A DNA stretch of 64,000 nucleotides from Limnothrix sp. BL-A-16 (GTDB lineage Bacteria > Cyanobacteriota > Cyanobacteriia > CACIAM-69d): the NCBI GenBank assembly GCA_041937175.2, contig CP166615.1, positions 704,001 through 768,000 of the forward strand, written 5' to 3'. Shown here piece by piece: positions 1 through 9,815 of the stretch. The notes under the pieces are model-generated. The model did not search any database. It was not told the DNA's origin and saw nothing but the letters and a program-made list of their open reading frames with translations. The translations under genes and the position numbers were made by a program. Numbering within the stretch: position 1 is the stretch's first letter; every line of letters starts with the position of its first letter.

Positions 1-3000
1 CGGATTATTAATTTCGTGAGCAACCCCAGCCACCAAGTTTCCTAAGGATGCCATTTTTTCGCTTTGAACGATCTGTAGCTGGGATTGTTCAAGTTGTTGA
101 GCGTAGGTGCGTGCTTGCTGATAGAGACGAGCATTTTCCAGTGAAATAGCTGCTTGGGCACAGAGAAAATTTAGAACCAAGAGCCGATCGCTCGTAAACA
201 CATTTTTCGCAGCTTGGTTGCTGAGATACAAAATGCCCACCAATTGCGATTGGTTGAGAATGGGTAAGCACAATATACTTTGGGGCATCGGGCGATCAAG
301 AAAAGCATCCCCGATCGGCAAGTGGGTTTGACCTTCATTAATCACCACCGATTCTCTGGTATTTTTCACCCATTGAATGAGGGGTAAAGGCAGGGAATTT
401 TCGTTCTGAAGGGGGATGGTGCAAAGCTTGGTTATTTCGGTGGAGGCGATCGCCCGCACTAACCATTCACCATCATGATCAGGAACCATCAAAATGCATT
501 GGTCACCACCAGAATATTGCAAAATAATTTGCGTTAATTGTTGCAGTAATTCATCCAGTTGAATGGTGCTGGCGATACTTTGGGATGCTCGAATGATGGC
601 TGCCAAATCGAGCATGACATTGAGATTTTGGCTGCTGGAATTTTGTGTGGCAGTGGAGCTGTAGGTTGCAGTCGCAATGGAAACAAATGTTTCCAGAGGA
701 TTCAACTTCTCAGAAACCGATTCCAAAATCGGCGAGAGCAATTTTGGATAATGTTGTTCAAGGTCGCTTACCTTTGCCTTCGCGCCCCAGCGGGCATAGC
801 AGTAATAGGCTTCCTGCATATAGCTGGCGGCGAATTTTTCCTTGTTCCAATCCAAGTAGAACTTAGCAGCCAGTTCATTCGCTAAAGCTTCTTCTTGTAA
901 AAATCCCTGTGCCTTGGCTCCATCAATGGCGCGATCGTACAAAATACCGGCTTCGTAAAACTTTTCTAGTACGCGGCACTTTTCCGCTTCTAGCAGATCT
1001 GCCTTATGCTGATGGTTAATAGGCGATTGCCTGGCCCAAGGCGCTAAAGCTGTTTGTTGCTGTTCTCCAAGAGACAATGCTCGCGATCTCCCTAAGCTGG
1101 ACTGAGTAGTGGCAGCCCGAAAATAGGTTAACCCTGCATAGAAATGGAAAACTGAAATATGAATATGTCCCGTGATGATATACATGCAAGGAGAGCCTGC
1201 ATTGATATAATCAATAGCCCGCTCATAGTGATCAAAAAGATAAGCTAAAATCAATTTATAAATATAAGCAAATGCCAAGCCGGACGATTCATTTTTTTGT
1301 ACATACTGAGGGAACATCACCGTTTCATCATAGCTCTGACCAATTAGCCGATCGGGATAATCAGTGTTGGTCACAAAGCCTTGAAAAGCCTGTTGCTGCA
1401 TGCGCAGATAACTTACAGGATTTTCTCGCTTCATTTGGCTCAAAATGATGCAATATTGCTCCATATCCGGTTCTATGTCGGTTAGACAAAAGCCAGAGAA
1501 AAATTGATTAAAAAAGTAATTATTAATGCTATAGACTGCGTAGAGTAAATTGCCAGTTTCCATTCCCAACAGATAGCTTTCCTTGAGCATGGGAATAGTC
1601 GATCGCAAGGAGTTATGACGATGTTGAATAAAAATACTAAATAGAAAAAGAGTCATGGCCCGATATTCAGGAGCACTGAAGCGATCAAGTAGCTCCAAGG
1701 ACACCTTGCCAAACTGATATCCCTTTTCAAATTCATTGTAAAAATTGGTCAAAATCAGACCATAGCCACTGTAACCAATCATGGAAACAGAACTGTTACC
1801 AAATTCCAAAGACAAGCTCACCATCCGCGCACAAACCAATGGAAAGAGTTCTATCTTCACCATGTAGATCGGTGCAAAGAGTGCCGCCATTAACTTCATG
1901 GCTGCCATGATCCGAGGATTGGTCATGGGAGAAAGATGTCCCAGATCCTCAATGACATAATCTTCAAGTTGCTGAGCTAACGCTTCAAGCACTTGATGAT
2001 TCATGGTGGAGTTGGTTTGAGTGGGCAACGCCACACCCAATTCTGAAAGCGCATCAGACCCGATCGCGATCGCCTCTGACATTTGGTTGCGAGTAGCGAG
2101 AGCATTAATTTGAATTTTGTAGATTTCCACCTTGTCTAATGGGGTCTGAGCTGCCGTTAAAACCTGTTGACAATGATTGTCCATCTCGGCAATATCGCCC
2201 ATGAGACATGCCACTTCAGCCGCTAAGATATGTAGCTCTAAACTCAGGTGGTATTGTTTCTGCCAGCGATCATTGGACAGGAGCGATAACCCCGTGTTAA
2301 CAAAATTGCTGGCAGCCGCATAGGCCGTTGCTATTTTGGCTTTTTGGGCGGCTTCCAAATTACTTTGAGCCAAGGAAACCCGCTCTGCGTCGGTGGTGAG
2401 TAAGTCTTGGCCTAAATTTAGATGGTTAATAATATCAAATCGTCTATTTTCTAACTCTGAACCAGAGAGCTGAGTCTGCAAAAGTTGACCGATCGTCAGA
2501 TGGGTCATCGGTTTCTGAGCCGGATCAATCAGGGAATAGGCAGCCTGTTGGACGCGATCGTGTAAAAAACGATAGGTTGGATTAACCTGCGGTTCCTGCA
2601 CCTCCCGATCGGCTGGGGTTAGTACCTCCGGCTGAAAAAATTTATAGACCTGACTGTTGGGTAAAACCAATCCCTCTTGCAACGCTTTCCAAAGAGCATG
2701 GGCTGTTTCTGCGGCAGATTGTTGAGCAATGATCGAGAGGGTTACTAAGTCGAATTGGTTACCCAAGCAAGCCGCTAGCTTCAAGACCGATCGCGTGGAC
2801 TCAGGCAGCCTTTGAAGCCGCGCTGCCATAAACTCCACCACATCGTCAGTTGTGGTTAGGGTGTAGATACTGGAAATATCACATTCCCAATAGCAGGCTT
2901 CTCGGTTGAATGTAATCCAGCCTTCCTCGTGGAGCGACTTTAAAAATTGCGTTGTGAAGAAGGGATTACCCTGGGTTTTGCGATCGATTGATTGGGTCAG

Positions 3001-4662
3001 GGGTAATGCCCGATCGGGTGGGCAACGCAATGTATCAGCCACTAAGTCATTGGTATGCTCCAGGCTCAGCGGATTTAGCGTAATAGTATTAATGACTGCC
3101 TGTTCCTTTGCCAATTCCTCCAGGGTGACCATGAGGGGGTGAATGGGGGAAACCTCATTATCGCGATAGGCTCCCAACATGAGTAAATGGGCACTATCTC
3201 CCATCAACACTTTCAGAAGTTGCAAAGAGGCTAGATCTGCCCACTGTAAGTCATCTAAAAAAATGACAAGGGGATGATCGGGCCTTGTAAAAACCTGAAT
3301 AAACTTCTGAAACAGAAAATTAAACCGATTTTGGGCGGCTGTTCCGGACAATTCGGGCACGGCCGCCTGAGACCCAATGATCGTCTCCAGTTCGGGAATG
3401 ACTTCAATCAGAACTTGCCCACTTTCTCCCAATGCTTCCAGAATTTTGGTTCGCCACTGGCTTAATTGACTATCCGGCTCAGAGAGCAAATAGCTCATTA
3501 AGTCGCGGAACGCTTGCACAAAAGCCGACAAAGGAATATTGCGATTGAATTGGTCAAATTTTCCCTTGATGAAATAGCCTTTTTGGCGAGTGATGGGCTT
3601 GTGAATTTCATGAATAACGGCGGTTTTGCCAATTCCAGAAAATCCCGCCACCAGCATCAATTCTGTGCTTCCTTGGGCAACACGTTCAAAGGCCGCTAAT
3701 AAGCAAGCCACTTCCCGATCGCGCCCGTAGAGTTTGTCAGAAATCAGGAATCGATCGCTCAAATCGCGAGTTCCCAACTCAAAAGGCTGAATTTGTTGAG
3801 TGGCCTCCCACTGTGTCCAACATTGCTCCAGGTCGTGCTTTAACCCCTTCGCGGTTTGATAGCGATGTTCTGCATTTTTTGCCATTAATTTAGAAACAAT
3901 GGCCGCCACTATGGGGGGAATCGCGGGATTCACCTGATCAAGCGCTGTGGGTGTTTTGGCAATGTGACAGTGAATGAGCTTGAGGGGATCAGTCGCTTCA
4001 AAGGGAAGCCGACCACTCAGTAATTGATAAAACGTGACTCCAAGGGCATAAAAGTCTGTGCGATAATCGATGCCGCGATTCATACGGCCAGTTTGTTCAG
4101 GGGCTAAATAGGCAATGGTTCCCTCAAGAATATTCGGGTTCTGAATTTCCTGAGTTTCTTTGGGCAACACGGAAGCAATACTAAAGTCAATAATTTTGAT
4201 TACTTTGGTGCTGGGTTGAATCAAAATATTGGCGGGTTTAATATCTCGATGAATAACCCGACTTTGGTGCAAGTCATGGAGAATTTCGGATACCTGTAAG
4301 GCAATAGACAGAAAATCAGTCAACGAAATCGAGCATTGTTTTCGATAATCTTCTAGGGAGATAGCGCTGAAATCTTCCATCACCAAGGCATAACTGTTGC
4401 CATAGGCTTCTAGACTGTAGGGATGTACAATACCCGTAATATTCAAAGACTTAGCGATGCTATATTGATTGCGAAATTGTGTCAGCTCGTTAAAGCTGGG
4501 ATACTCATGGCAAAGGATTTTGATGACAACTGATCGCCCTGTATTGGTCTGAACTGCCCGGTAAACGGCTGTGCGCGATCCTGAGTAAAGTTGCTCAGTA
4601 ATTTCGTAACCATCAAGGCTGGGCCACAAAGTGGGCGAAGTTTGTTGCAGTGGGCTAGTCAT
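1..4662 (-). CDS. Multidomain Ser/Thr kinase - P-loop ATPase - GAF - histidine kinase (HstK/Pkn41-like), 3' end truncated by window edge
   Basis: Translated by hand from ATG 4662: MTSPLQQTSPTLWPSLDGYEITEQLYSGSRTAVYRA; kinase IHRDIKPANILI, DFS and GTIAYLAPEQTGRMNR; Walker A GFSGIGKT; Walker B FLDDLQWAD; GAF region; ends at position 1 in the His-kinase H-box EKMASLGNLVAGVAHEINNP. Start and H-box are in one frame (1554 codons). Confidence 0.92.
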   Translation of the reverse strand, partial: MTSPLQQTSPTLWPSLDGYEITEQLYSGSRTAVYRAVQTNTGRSVVIKILCHEYPSFNELTQFRNQYSIAKSLNITGIVHPYSLEAYGNSYALVMEDFSAISLEDYRKQCSISLTDFLSIALQVSEILHDLHQSRVIHRDIKPANILIQPSTKVIKIIDFSIASVLPKETQEIQNPNILEGTIAYLAPEQTGRMNRGIDYRTDFYALGVTFYQLLSGRLPFEATDPLKLIHCHIAKTPTALDQVNPAIPPIVAAIVSKLMAKNAEHRYQTAKGLKHDLEQCWTQWEATQQIQPFELGTRDLSDRFLISDKLYGRDREVACLLAAFERVAQGSTELMLVAGFSGIGKTAVIHEIHKPITRQKGYFIKGKFDQFNRNIPLSAFVQAFRDLMSYLLSEPDSQLSQWRTKILEALGESGQVLIEVIPELETIIGSQAAVPELSGTAAQNRFNFLFQKFIQVFTRPDHPLVIFLDDLQWADLASLQLLKVLMGDSAHLLMLGAYRDNEVSPIHPLMVTLEELAKEQAVINTITLNPLSLEHTNDLVADTLRCPPDRALPLTQSIDRKTQGNPFFTTQFLKSLHEEGWITFNREACYWECDISSIYTLTTTDDVVEFMAARLQRLPESTRSVLKLAACLGNQFDLVTLSIIAQQSAAETAHALWKALQEGLVLPNSQVYKFFQPEVLTPADREVQEPQVNPTYRFLHDRVQQAAYSLIDPAQKPMTHLTIGQLLQTQLSGSELENRRFDIINHLNLGQDLLTTDAERVSLAQSNLEAAQKAKIATAYAAASNFVNTGLSLLSNDRWQKQYHLSLELHILAAEVACLMGDIAEMDNHCQQVLTAAQTPLDKVEIYKIQINALATRNQMSEAIAIGSDALSELGVALPTQTNSTMNHQVLEALAQQLEDYVIEDLGHLSPMTNPRIMAAMKLMAALFAPIYMVKIELFPLVCARMVSLSLEFGNSSVSMIGYSGYGLILTNFYNEFEKGYQFGKVSLELLDRFSAPEYRAMTLFLFSIFIQHRHNSLRSTIPMLKESYLLGMETGNLLYAVYSINNYFFNQFFSGFCLTDIEPDMEQYCIILSQMKRENPVSYLRMQQQAFQGFVTNTDYPDRLIGQSYDETVMFPQYVQKNESSGLAFAYIYKLILAYLFDHYERAIDYINAGSPCMYIITGHIHISVFHFYAGLTYFRAATTQSSLGRSRALSLGEQQQTALAPWARQSPINHQHKADLLEAEKCRVLEKFYEAGILYDRAIDGAKAQGFLQEEALANELAAKFYLDWNKEKFAASYMQEAYYCYARWGAKAKVSDLEQHYPKLLSPILESVSEKLNPLETFVSIATATYSSTATQNSSSQNLNVMLDLAAIIRASQSIASTIQLDELLQQLTQIILQYSGGDQCILMVPDHDGEWLVRAIASTEITKLCTIPLQNENSLPLPLIQWVKNTRESVVINEGQTHLPIGDAFLDRPMPQSILCLPILNQSQLVGILYLSNQAAKNVFTSDRLLVLNFLCAQAAISLENARLYQQARTYAQQLEQSQLQIVQSEKMASLGNLVAGVAHEINNP

Positions 4663-5244
4663 GGGCCACGATCATGCAGTTGAGGGGTGGATTCAGCGCC
4701 TTAGTCCTGACCCAAGCCTTGATCAAGGCTGATCAGGCCATGGTCTTAAGTGTGGTTTGAAGAGTTTTGGGGCTTAACTTGACGACTGCTTGAGATCACG
4801 TTAGCTCGGCTCTGATCATAGCAATTGCAATCACAAGTTGCTAGATTAATGGGCAAAACATCGAATTAAGACCAGTAATAATCAAGCGAAGCTGTGTTAG
4901 AAGAATGCTCTAGAGTAGATTATCGAATGCTTTATAACTAAATAGTTATTTTTGAAATTATTGAACGATTTTCCCTGAAATTGACTTAAAAACGCGATTA
5001 AAAGTTTATTGAGAAATTAATTTCAAAAGATCTAGGCAGAAATTATACTGAAAATCTATAATAAGAATAGCATTTTCAAAATTTTTTGTTTTAAGAGCAT
5101 GATCAGGAGTGTTTTCAGTGATCACAAAAATTCATCGGTCGCGTAAACTAAAAATTTAGGCCCATTTGGTGCGTTGACTGATGAAATAAATTAGGTATTG
5201 GCTTTGATGCTGCAAATATTCCCTACATCAGTATTGAAAATCAA

Positions 5245-5655
5245 ATGAATAGACAGATGAACATAGAATCAATTGTCGAAATTTTGAAGGCAGACTATCA
5301 GAAATTTCCTAAAGATCAAACATTTGAAGTTTACGATCGGGAGGTTTATTTCAAAGATCCAACGAGCGAATTTCGAGGGGTCGATCGCTACCGAAAAACG
5401 ATCGCCTTTATTGACCAATGGTTTCAGGAGCCTCGCCTTACGCTGCATGAAATTGCCGTGACGACCGATCGCACGATTCGCACAGACTGGACTCTGACCT
5501 GGACAACACCACTCCCCTGGAAACCGCGAATTTCGATCACGGGTTGGAGCGAGCTGGGGTTGAATTCCCAAGGCTTAATCAACTCCCACATTGACTATTG
5601 GCAATGTTCGATCTGGGATGTGCTGAAACAGCATTTTGCTCGCGCAAACGATTGA
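5245..5655 (+). CDS. DUF2358 family NTF2/SnoaL-like protein
   Basis: [34 protein letters not shown] and INSHIDYW motifs; next to Get3/ArsA gene. Confidence 0.8.
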   Translation: MNRQMNIESIVEILKADYQKFPKDQTFEVYDREVYFKDPTSEFRGVDRYRKTIAFIDQWFQEPRLTLHEIAVTTDRTIRTDWTLTWTTPLPWKPRISITGWSELGLNSQGLINSHIDYWQCSIWDVLKQHFARAND

Positions 5656-5761
5656 CAGATCACGCAACCTACCTGAGACAGGCTTCAAAAAGCTTTACAA
5701 AAAACGCCATAATGGAGGCGCACTGGGCGATCGTCTCCTCCGAAACAAAGGCAATTCCATC

Positions 5762-6952
5762 ATGCGCGTAATTTTGATGACCGGCAAAGGCGGAGTCGGT
5801 AAAACCTCCGTCGCCGCAGCTACCGGCCTGCGCTGTGCCGAGCTGGGCTACAAAACCCTCGTCCTCAGTACCGATCCGGCCCATTCCTTAGCCGATAGCC
5901 TGGACTTAGAGTTGGGTCATGACCCGATCGCGGTGCGGCCGAACCTGTGGGCAGCGGAGTTGGATGCCCTGGCAGAATTAGAAGGAAATTGGGGCGCAGT
6001 GAAGCGCTACATTACGCAAGTCCTGCAAGCGCGTGGCCTAGAAGGTGTGCAAGCGGAAGAGTTGGCGATTTTGCCGGGAATGGACGAAATTTTTGCCCTG
6101 GTGCGCATGAAGCGGCACTACGACGAGGGTGAATATGAAGTCTTGATCATTGACTCAGCCCCTACGGGCACGGCTTTGCGGCTCTTGAGCCTGCCGGAGG
6201 TGGGCGGTTGGTACATGCGCCGCTTCTACAAACCGCTGCAAAGCATGTCTGTTGCCCTGCGTCCGTTGGTGGAGCCGATTTTTCGCCCGATCGCCGGTTT
6301 TTCATTGCCGGATAAGGAAGTGATGGACGCGCCCTACGAGTTCTATGAACAAATTGAGGCGTTGGAAAAAGTCTTAACCGACAGTTCCCAAACTTCGGTG
6401 CGGCTGGTGACCAATCCAGAAAAAATGGTGATTAAAGAATCGCTGCGGGCCCATGCCTACCTGAGTTTGTATAACGTGGCGACCGATATGGTGGTGGCCA
6501 ATCGGGTGATTCCGGCGGAGGTGAGCGATCCCTTTTTCGATCGCTGGAAAGCCGATCAACAGAAATATAAGGATGAAATTCATGAAAATTTCCGCCCCTT
6601 GCCGGTGAAAGAAGTGCCGCTCTTCTCTGAAGAACTGTGCGGATTGGCAGCGCTCGATCGCCTGAAGGAAACCCTTTATCCCAATAACGAAGATCCTGCC
6701 CAGGTCTATTACAAAGAAACAACCTTGCGTGTGGTGCAGGTGGACAACACCTACAGTCTGGAAATGTACTTGCCGGGCATTCCCAAGAGCCAGATTGAAC
6801 TGAGCAAAACCGGTGATGAACTGAATGTTCGGATCGGTAACCATCGCCGTAATTTGGTGTTGCCCCAAGCCCTGGCAGCCTTGCAACCCACGGGCGCTAA
6901 AATGGAAGAAGATTACCTGAAAATTCGCTTTTCCGAACCCGCTAAGGTCTAG
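5762..6952 (+). CDS. Get3/ArsA (TRC40) family ATPase with C-terminal alpha-crystallin/HSP20-like domain
   Basis: GKGGVGKT deviant Walker [16 protein letters not shown]-terminal [34 protein letters not shown]; start moved to ATG 5762. Confidence 0.92.
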   Translation: MRVILMTGKGGVGKTSVAAATGLRCAELGYKTLVLSTDPAHSLADSLDLELGHDPIAVRPNLWAAELDALAELEGNWGAVKRYITQVLQARGLEGVQAEELAILPGMDEIFALVRMKRHYDEGEYEVLIIDSAPTGTALRLLSLPEVGGWYMRRFYKPLQSMSVALRPLVEPIFRPIAGFSLPDKEVMDAPYEFYEQIEALEKVLTDSSQTSVRLVTNPEKMVIKESLRAHAYLSLYNVATDMVVANRVIPAEVSDPFFDRWKADQQKYKDEIHENFRPLPVKEVPLFSEELCGLAALDRLKETLYPNNEDPAQVYYKETTLRVVQVDNTYSLEMYLPGIPKSQIELSKTGDELNVRIGNHRRNLVLPQALAALQPTGAKMEEDYLKIRFSEPAKV

Positions 6953-6983
6953 CGTTGATTATTTGGTTCCCGTCACCTCAAAT

Positions 6984-7256
6984 CCTGAAAGCTTAAAAGA
7001 TCACGAACCTAGAAAGTAATTCCCCTGGAAGATCGTGATTTTACGAAGGTGCAGGCAAGGGGCTTAAGCCCCTTGTCTTCTGGGGAACTGGGTTAGGATA
7101 ATTTGGGCTAAGCCTGAAGGCTTAACAGTCACGAACCTGGAAAATAATTCTCCTAAAAGATCGTGATCTTGGAAGATCATGATTTTACAAAGGTGCAGGC
7201 AAGGGGCTTAAGCCCCTTGTCTTCTGGGGAACTGGGTTAAGATAATTTGGGCTAAG
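6984..7256. repeat. Imperfect tandem duplication (about 129 + 144 bp), each unit with the CAAGGGGCTTAAGCCCCTTG palindrome
   Basis: Units 6984-7112 and 7113-7256 share CCTGAA.GCTTAA...CACGAACCT...GCAGGCAAGGGGCTTAAGCCCCTTGTCTTCTGGGGAACTGGGTTA.GATAATTTGGGCTAAG. Confidence 0.9.
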
Positions 7257-7375
7257 TGGGTGCTGAATTCAGATCAAACCGGTGTGTTCAGTATGAGTGA
7301 CAGCAGCATCAGAGCTGGCCAAAATTGGGTAGGTAATGATTTGGTTTTATAAAACTTCCTTGGTTCACAAGAATC

Positions 7376-9766
7376 ATGAAAAAAACAATATTTTCGGTGG
7401 CGCTCTTTGGTAGCGCTTTTTTACTATTTTGGGTGCAATTTATTGTTGCCAAAAGCTTGCTACCTCTGTTGGGAGGAACCCCGGCCGTTTGGAATGTTTG
7501 CCAGGCTTTCTTTCAAATTATGCTGTTGGCCGGCTATGGCTATGCGGCCTGGTTGGGCGATCGCCCGTCGTTGCGCTCTCAGTTTTGGATTCATGGAGTT
7601 GTGGCGATCGGGGGCGGTTTGGCGCTTTGGGGTCAGTTCAACCAAGTCTTTAGTCAATCAACCATGACTGTCGATCGCCCCTTAATGGCGCTGCTCCAAA
7701 TTTTGTTTTTAGGGGTGGCTTTGCCGTTTTTTGCCCTCTCAGCAACGGCTCCCTTGTTGCAACGGTGGGTATCGCAAACTCGCTTAGATTTGGGCAAAGA
7801 TCCCTATGTGCTTTATGCAGCGAGTAATGCGGGCAGCTTGTTAGGGGTTTTGGGATATCCAGGGGCTATTGAGCCGCTATTTTCCCTGATGGAGCAGCGA
7901 CAATTTTGGCAACTGGGCTATGGGGTTGAGCTGCTCCTAATTGGGGCCTGTGTGCTGATCACCTGGCGCGATCGCAATTGGAATTCTTTGAGCGATGCAA
8001 ATAATTTAGAACAATTTTCGCAATCGAAACAACCACCAGGATCAGAAAACTTTGAAAGCTTAGGAGACTTTAAAAAACTCGAAAAACTCGAAAATTTAGA
8101 AGAATTGACAATATTACAAGAACAATTAACCACCCTCGGTAATGCACCAGCCAGTTCAAAAAATGGCGCAGTGGTCAACCGCTTGGCGTTTGCTTCCGAG
8201 CCTGACAGCTCGCCAAACAAACCCTTGCAACCCACTTGGCGCGATCGCCTCCAATGGGCCCTATTTGCCTTCTTGCCTGCCAGCTTATCCCTGGGTGTCA
8301 CCACCTATGTCACCACGGATTTGGCGGCAATTCCCCTCTTTTGGGCAATTCCCCTCAGCCTCTATCTACTAACCTATATTGTCGCTTTTTCCAATTGGCG
8401 ATGGAGTGCGATCGCTTACCCATTGGCGATCGCTAGTTTGCCATTATTGGTGACTCCATTGGTGTTTTGGTCGCGGTTGGATGGGGCCCAAAATCTGTGG
8501 GTCATGTTGCCATTTCACTGGCTGGGGTTTGCGATCGCGGCCTTTGTTTGCCATCAAACCCTGGCGCTCATTAAGCCATCCGTAACCTACCTGACGCAGT
8601 TTTATTTCTGGATTGCTTTGGGGGGAGCCTTGGGCGGATCGTTTAACGCGATCGCTGCGCCCTACCTATTTCCCACAACCCAGGAATATCCCTTGGTGTT
8701 AATTTTGACACTGCTATCGGTCATTAATTCCCACCGCTTGCCCAAGTGGAGTTGGATCGCGATCGGGCTGGGATTTGGGGCGTTGCTAGCAGGCATTAAT
8801 TTCAATCATTTAGCTGATTATTGGGCCGCTTACTGCGTTGCCTTTGGTTTGCTGGCAGCGATTGGCTGGGCGCTGCAATTGCGGAAAACAAAGCTCATTT
8901 CTGCCGGTCTTGCAATTATTTTAATGATGCAATTTTCCGTGGGCTTACGGGGCGAGGTGCTGTTAATTGATCGCAGCTTTTTTGGGGTGAATCGGGTGGT
9001 GCGCGATCGCTCACGACAGGTCATGTCCTTGCTTCACGGCTCCACACTCCACGGCCAACAAAGCTTGCTGCCCCAACGGCGCGATCGACCGCTCACCTAC
9101 TTCACAGAAACGGGCCCGATCGGGGAATTTTTTGCGGGGTTTAATCAATTTCGGCGCGATCGGGTGGCGGTTTTGGGCTTGGGCATTGGTACGTTGGCCA
9201 GCTATGCCCAACCTAATCAGCAATGGACATTTTATGAAATTGATCCTACGGTGAAATTCATTGCCCAAAATCCCGCCTATTTCAGTTTTTTGGAATTGTC
9301 CAAGGGCAAGGTGGCAGTGGAAATTGGGGATGGCCGTTTAAAAATGCAAACGGTGGGCGATCACTCCCTAGATTTGGTGATTATGGATGCCTTTAGCTCC
9401 GACTCCATTCCTGTGCATTTAATTACCCGTGAAGCCATTGCCAGCTACCTGAATAAACTAGCTGATCGGGGCTTGATCTTAGTCAATATCACCAATCGCT
9501 ATCTTGACCTGTTGCCCGTCTTGGGAGCCATTAGCCAAGATTTGCGTTTAACGGCGATTCATCGCTGGGATTTGCGAATTTTGGAATCAGAAAAAGCAAT
9601 CGGTAAAACCCCTTCCCATTGGGTGGCGATCGCCCGCGCTCCTCAGGATTTGAATTGGTTAATCGATCGGCCCCAAACCCAATGGCAACCGGTTCCGCCC
9701 CAACCACCCAGCCAACTTTGGACAGACGATCGCTCCAGTTTGCTATCGGTGATTCGATCGCGCTAA
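7376..9766 (+). CDS. Multi-pass membrane protein fused to a spermidine-synthase-like SAM-dependent domain
   Basis: Many TM helices; VAVLGLGIGTLA, FYEIDP, IGDGRL and DAFSSDSIPVHLIT motifs. Confidence 0.85.
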   Translation: MKKTIFSVALFGSAFLLFWVQFIVAKSLLPLLGGTPAVWNVCQAFFQIMLLAGYGYAAWLGDRPSLRSQFWIHGVVAIGGGLALWGQFNQVFSQSTMTVDRPLMALLQILFLGVALPFFALSATAPLLQRWVSQTRLDLGKDPYVLYAASNAGSLLGVLGYPGAIEPLFSLMEQRQFWQLGYGVELLLIGACVLITWRDRNWNSLSDANNLEQFSQSKQPPGSENFESLGDFKKLEKLENLEELTILQEQLTTLGNAPASSKNGAVVNRLAFASEPDSSPNKPLQPTWRDRLQWALFAFLPASLSLGVTTYVTTDLAAIPLFWAIPLSLYLLTYIVAFSNWRWSAIAYPLAIASLPLLVTPLVFWSRLDGAQNLWVMLPFHWLGFAIAAFVCHQTLALIKPSVTYLTQFYFWIALGGALGGSFNAIAAPYLFPTTQEYPLVLILTLLSVINSHRLPKWSWIAIGLGFGALLAGINFNHLADYWAAYCVAFGLLAAIGWALQLRKTKLISAGLAIILMMQFSVGLRGEVLLIDRSFFGVNRVVRDRSRQVMSLLHGSTLHGQQSLLPQRRDRPLTYFTETGPIGEFFAGFNQFRRDRVAVLGLGIGTLASYAQPNQQWTFYEIDPTVKFIAQNPAYFSFLELSKGKVAVEIGDGRLKMQTVGDHSLDLVIMDAFSSDSIPVHLITREAIASYLNKLADRGLILVNITNRYLDLLPVLGAISQDLRLTAIHRWDLRILESEKAIGKTPSHWVAIARAPQDLNWLIDRPQTQWQPVPPQPPSQLWTDDRSSLLSVIRSR

Positions 9767-9815
9767 ATCCGTTCCCTATTGGTGGGCAACTTGAGCGAAC
9801 TTGATCCCTGAAAAC

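Noticed and set aside
89..3699. Short ORFs listed in the first 4 kb
   Set aside because: Shadows of the long minus-strand kinase gene.
5762..6952. Arsenite-efflux ArsA
   Set aside because: Single ATPase domain with an alpha-crystallin tail and no ars genes nearby; fits the Get3-like class.
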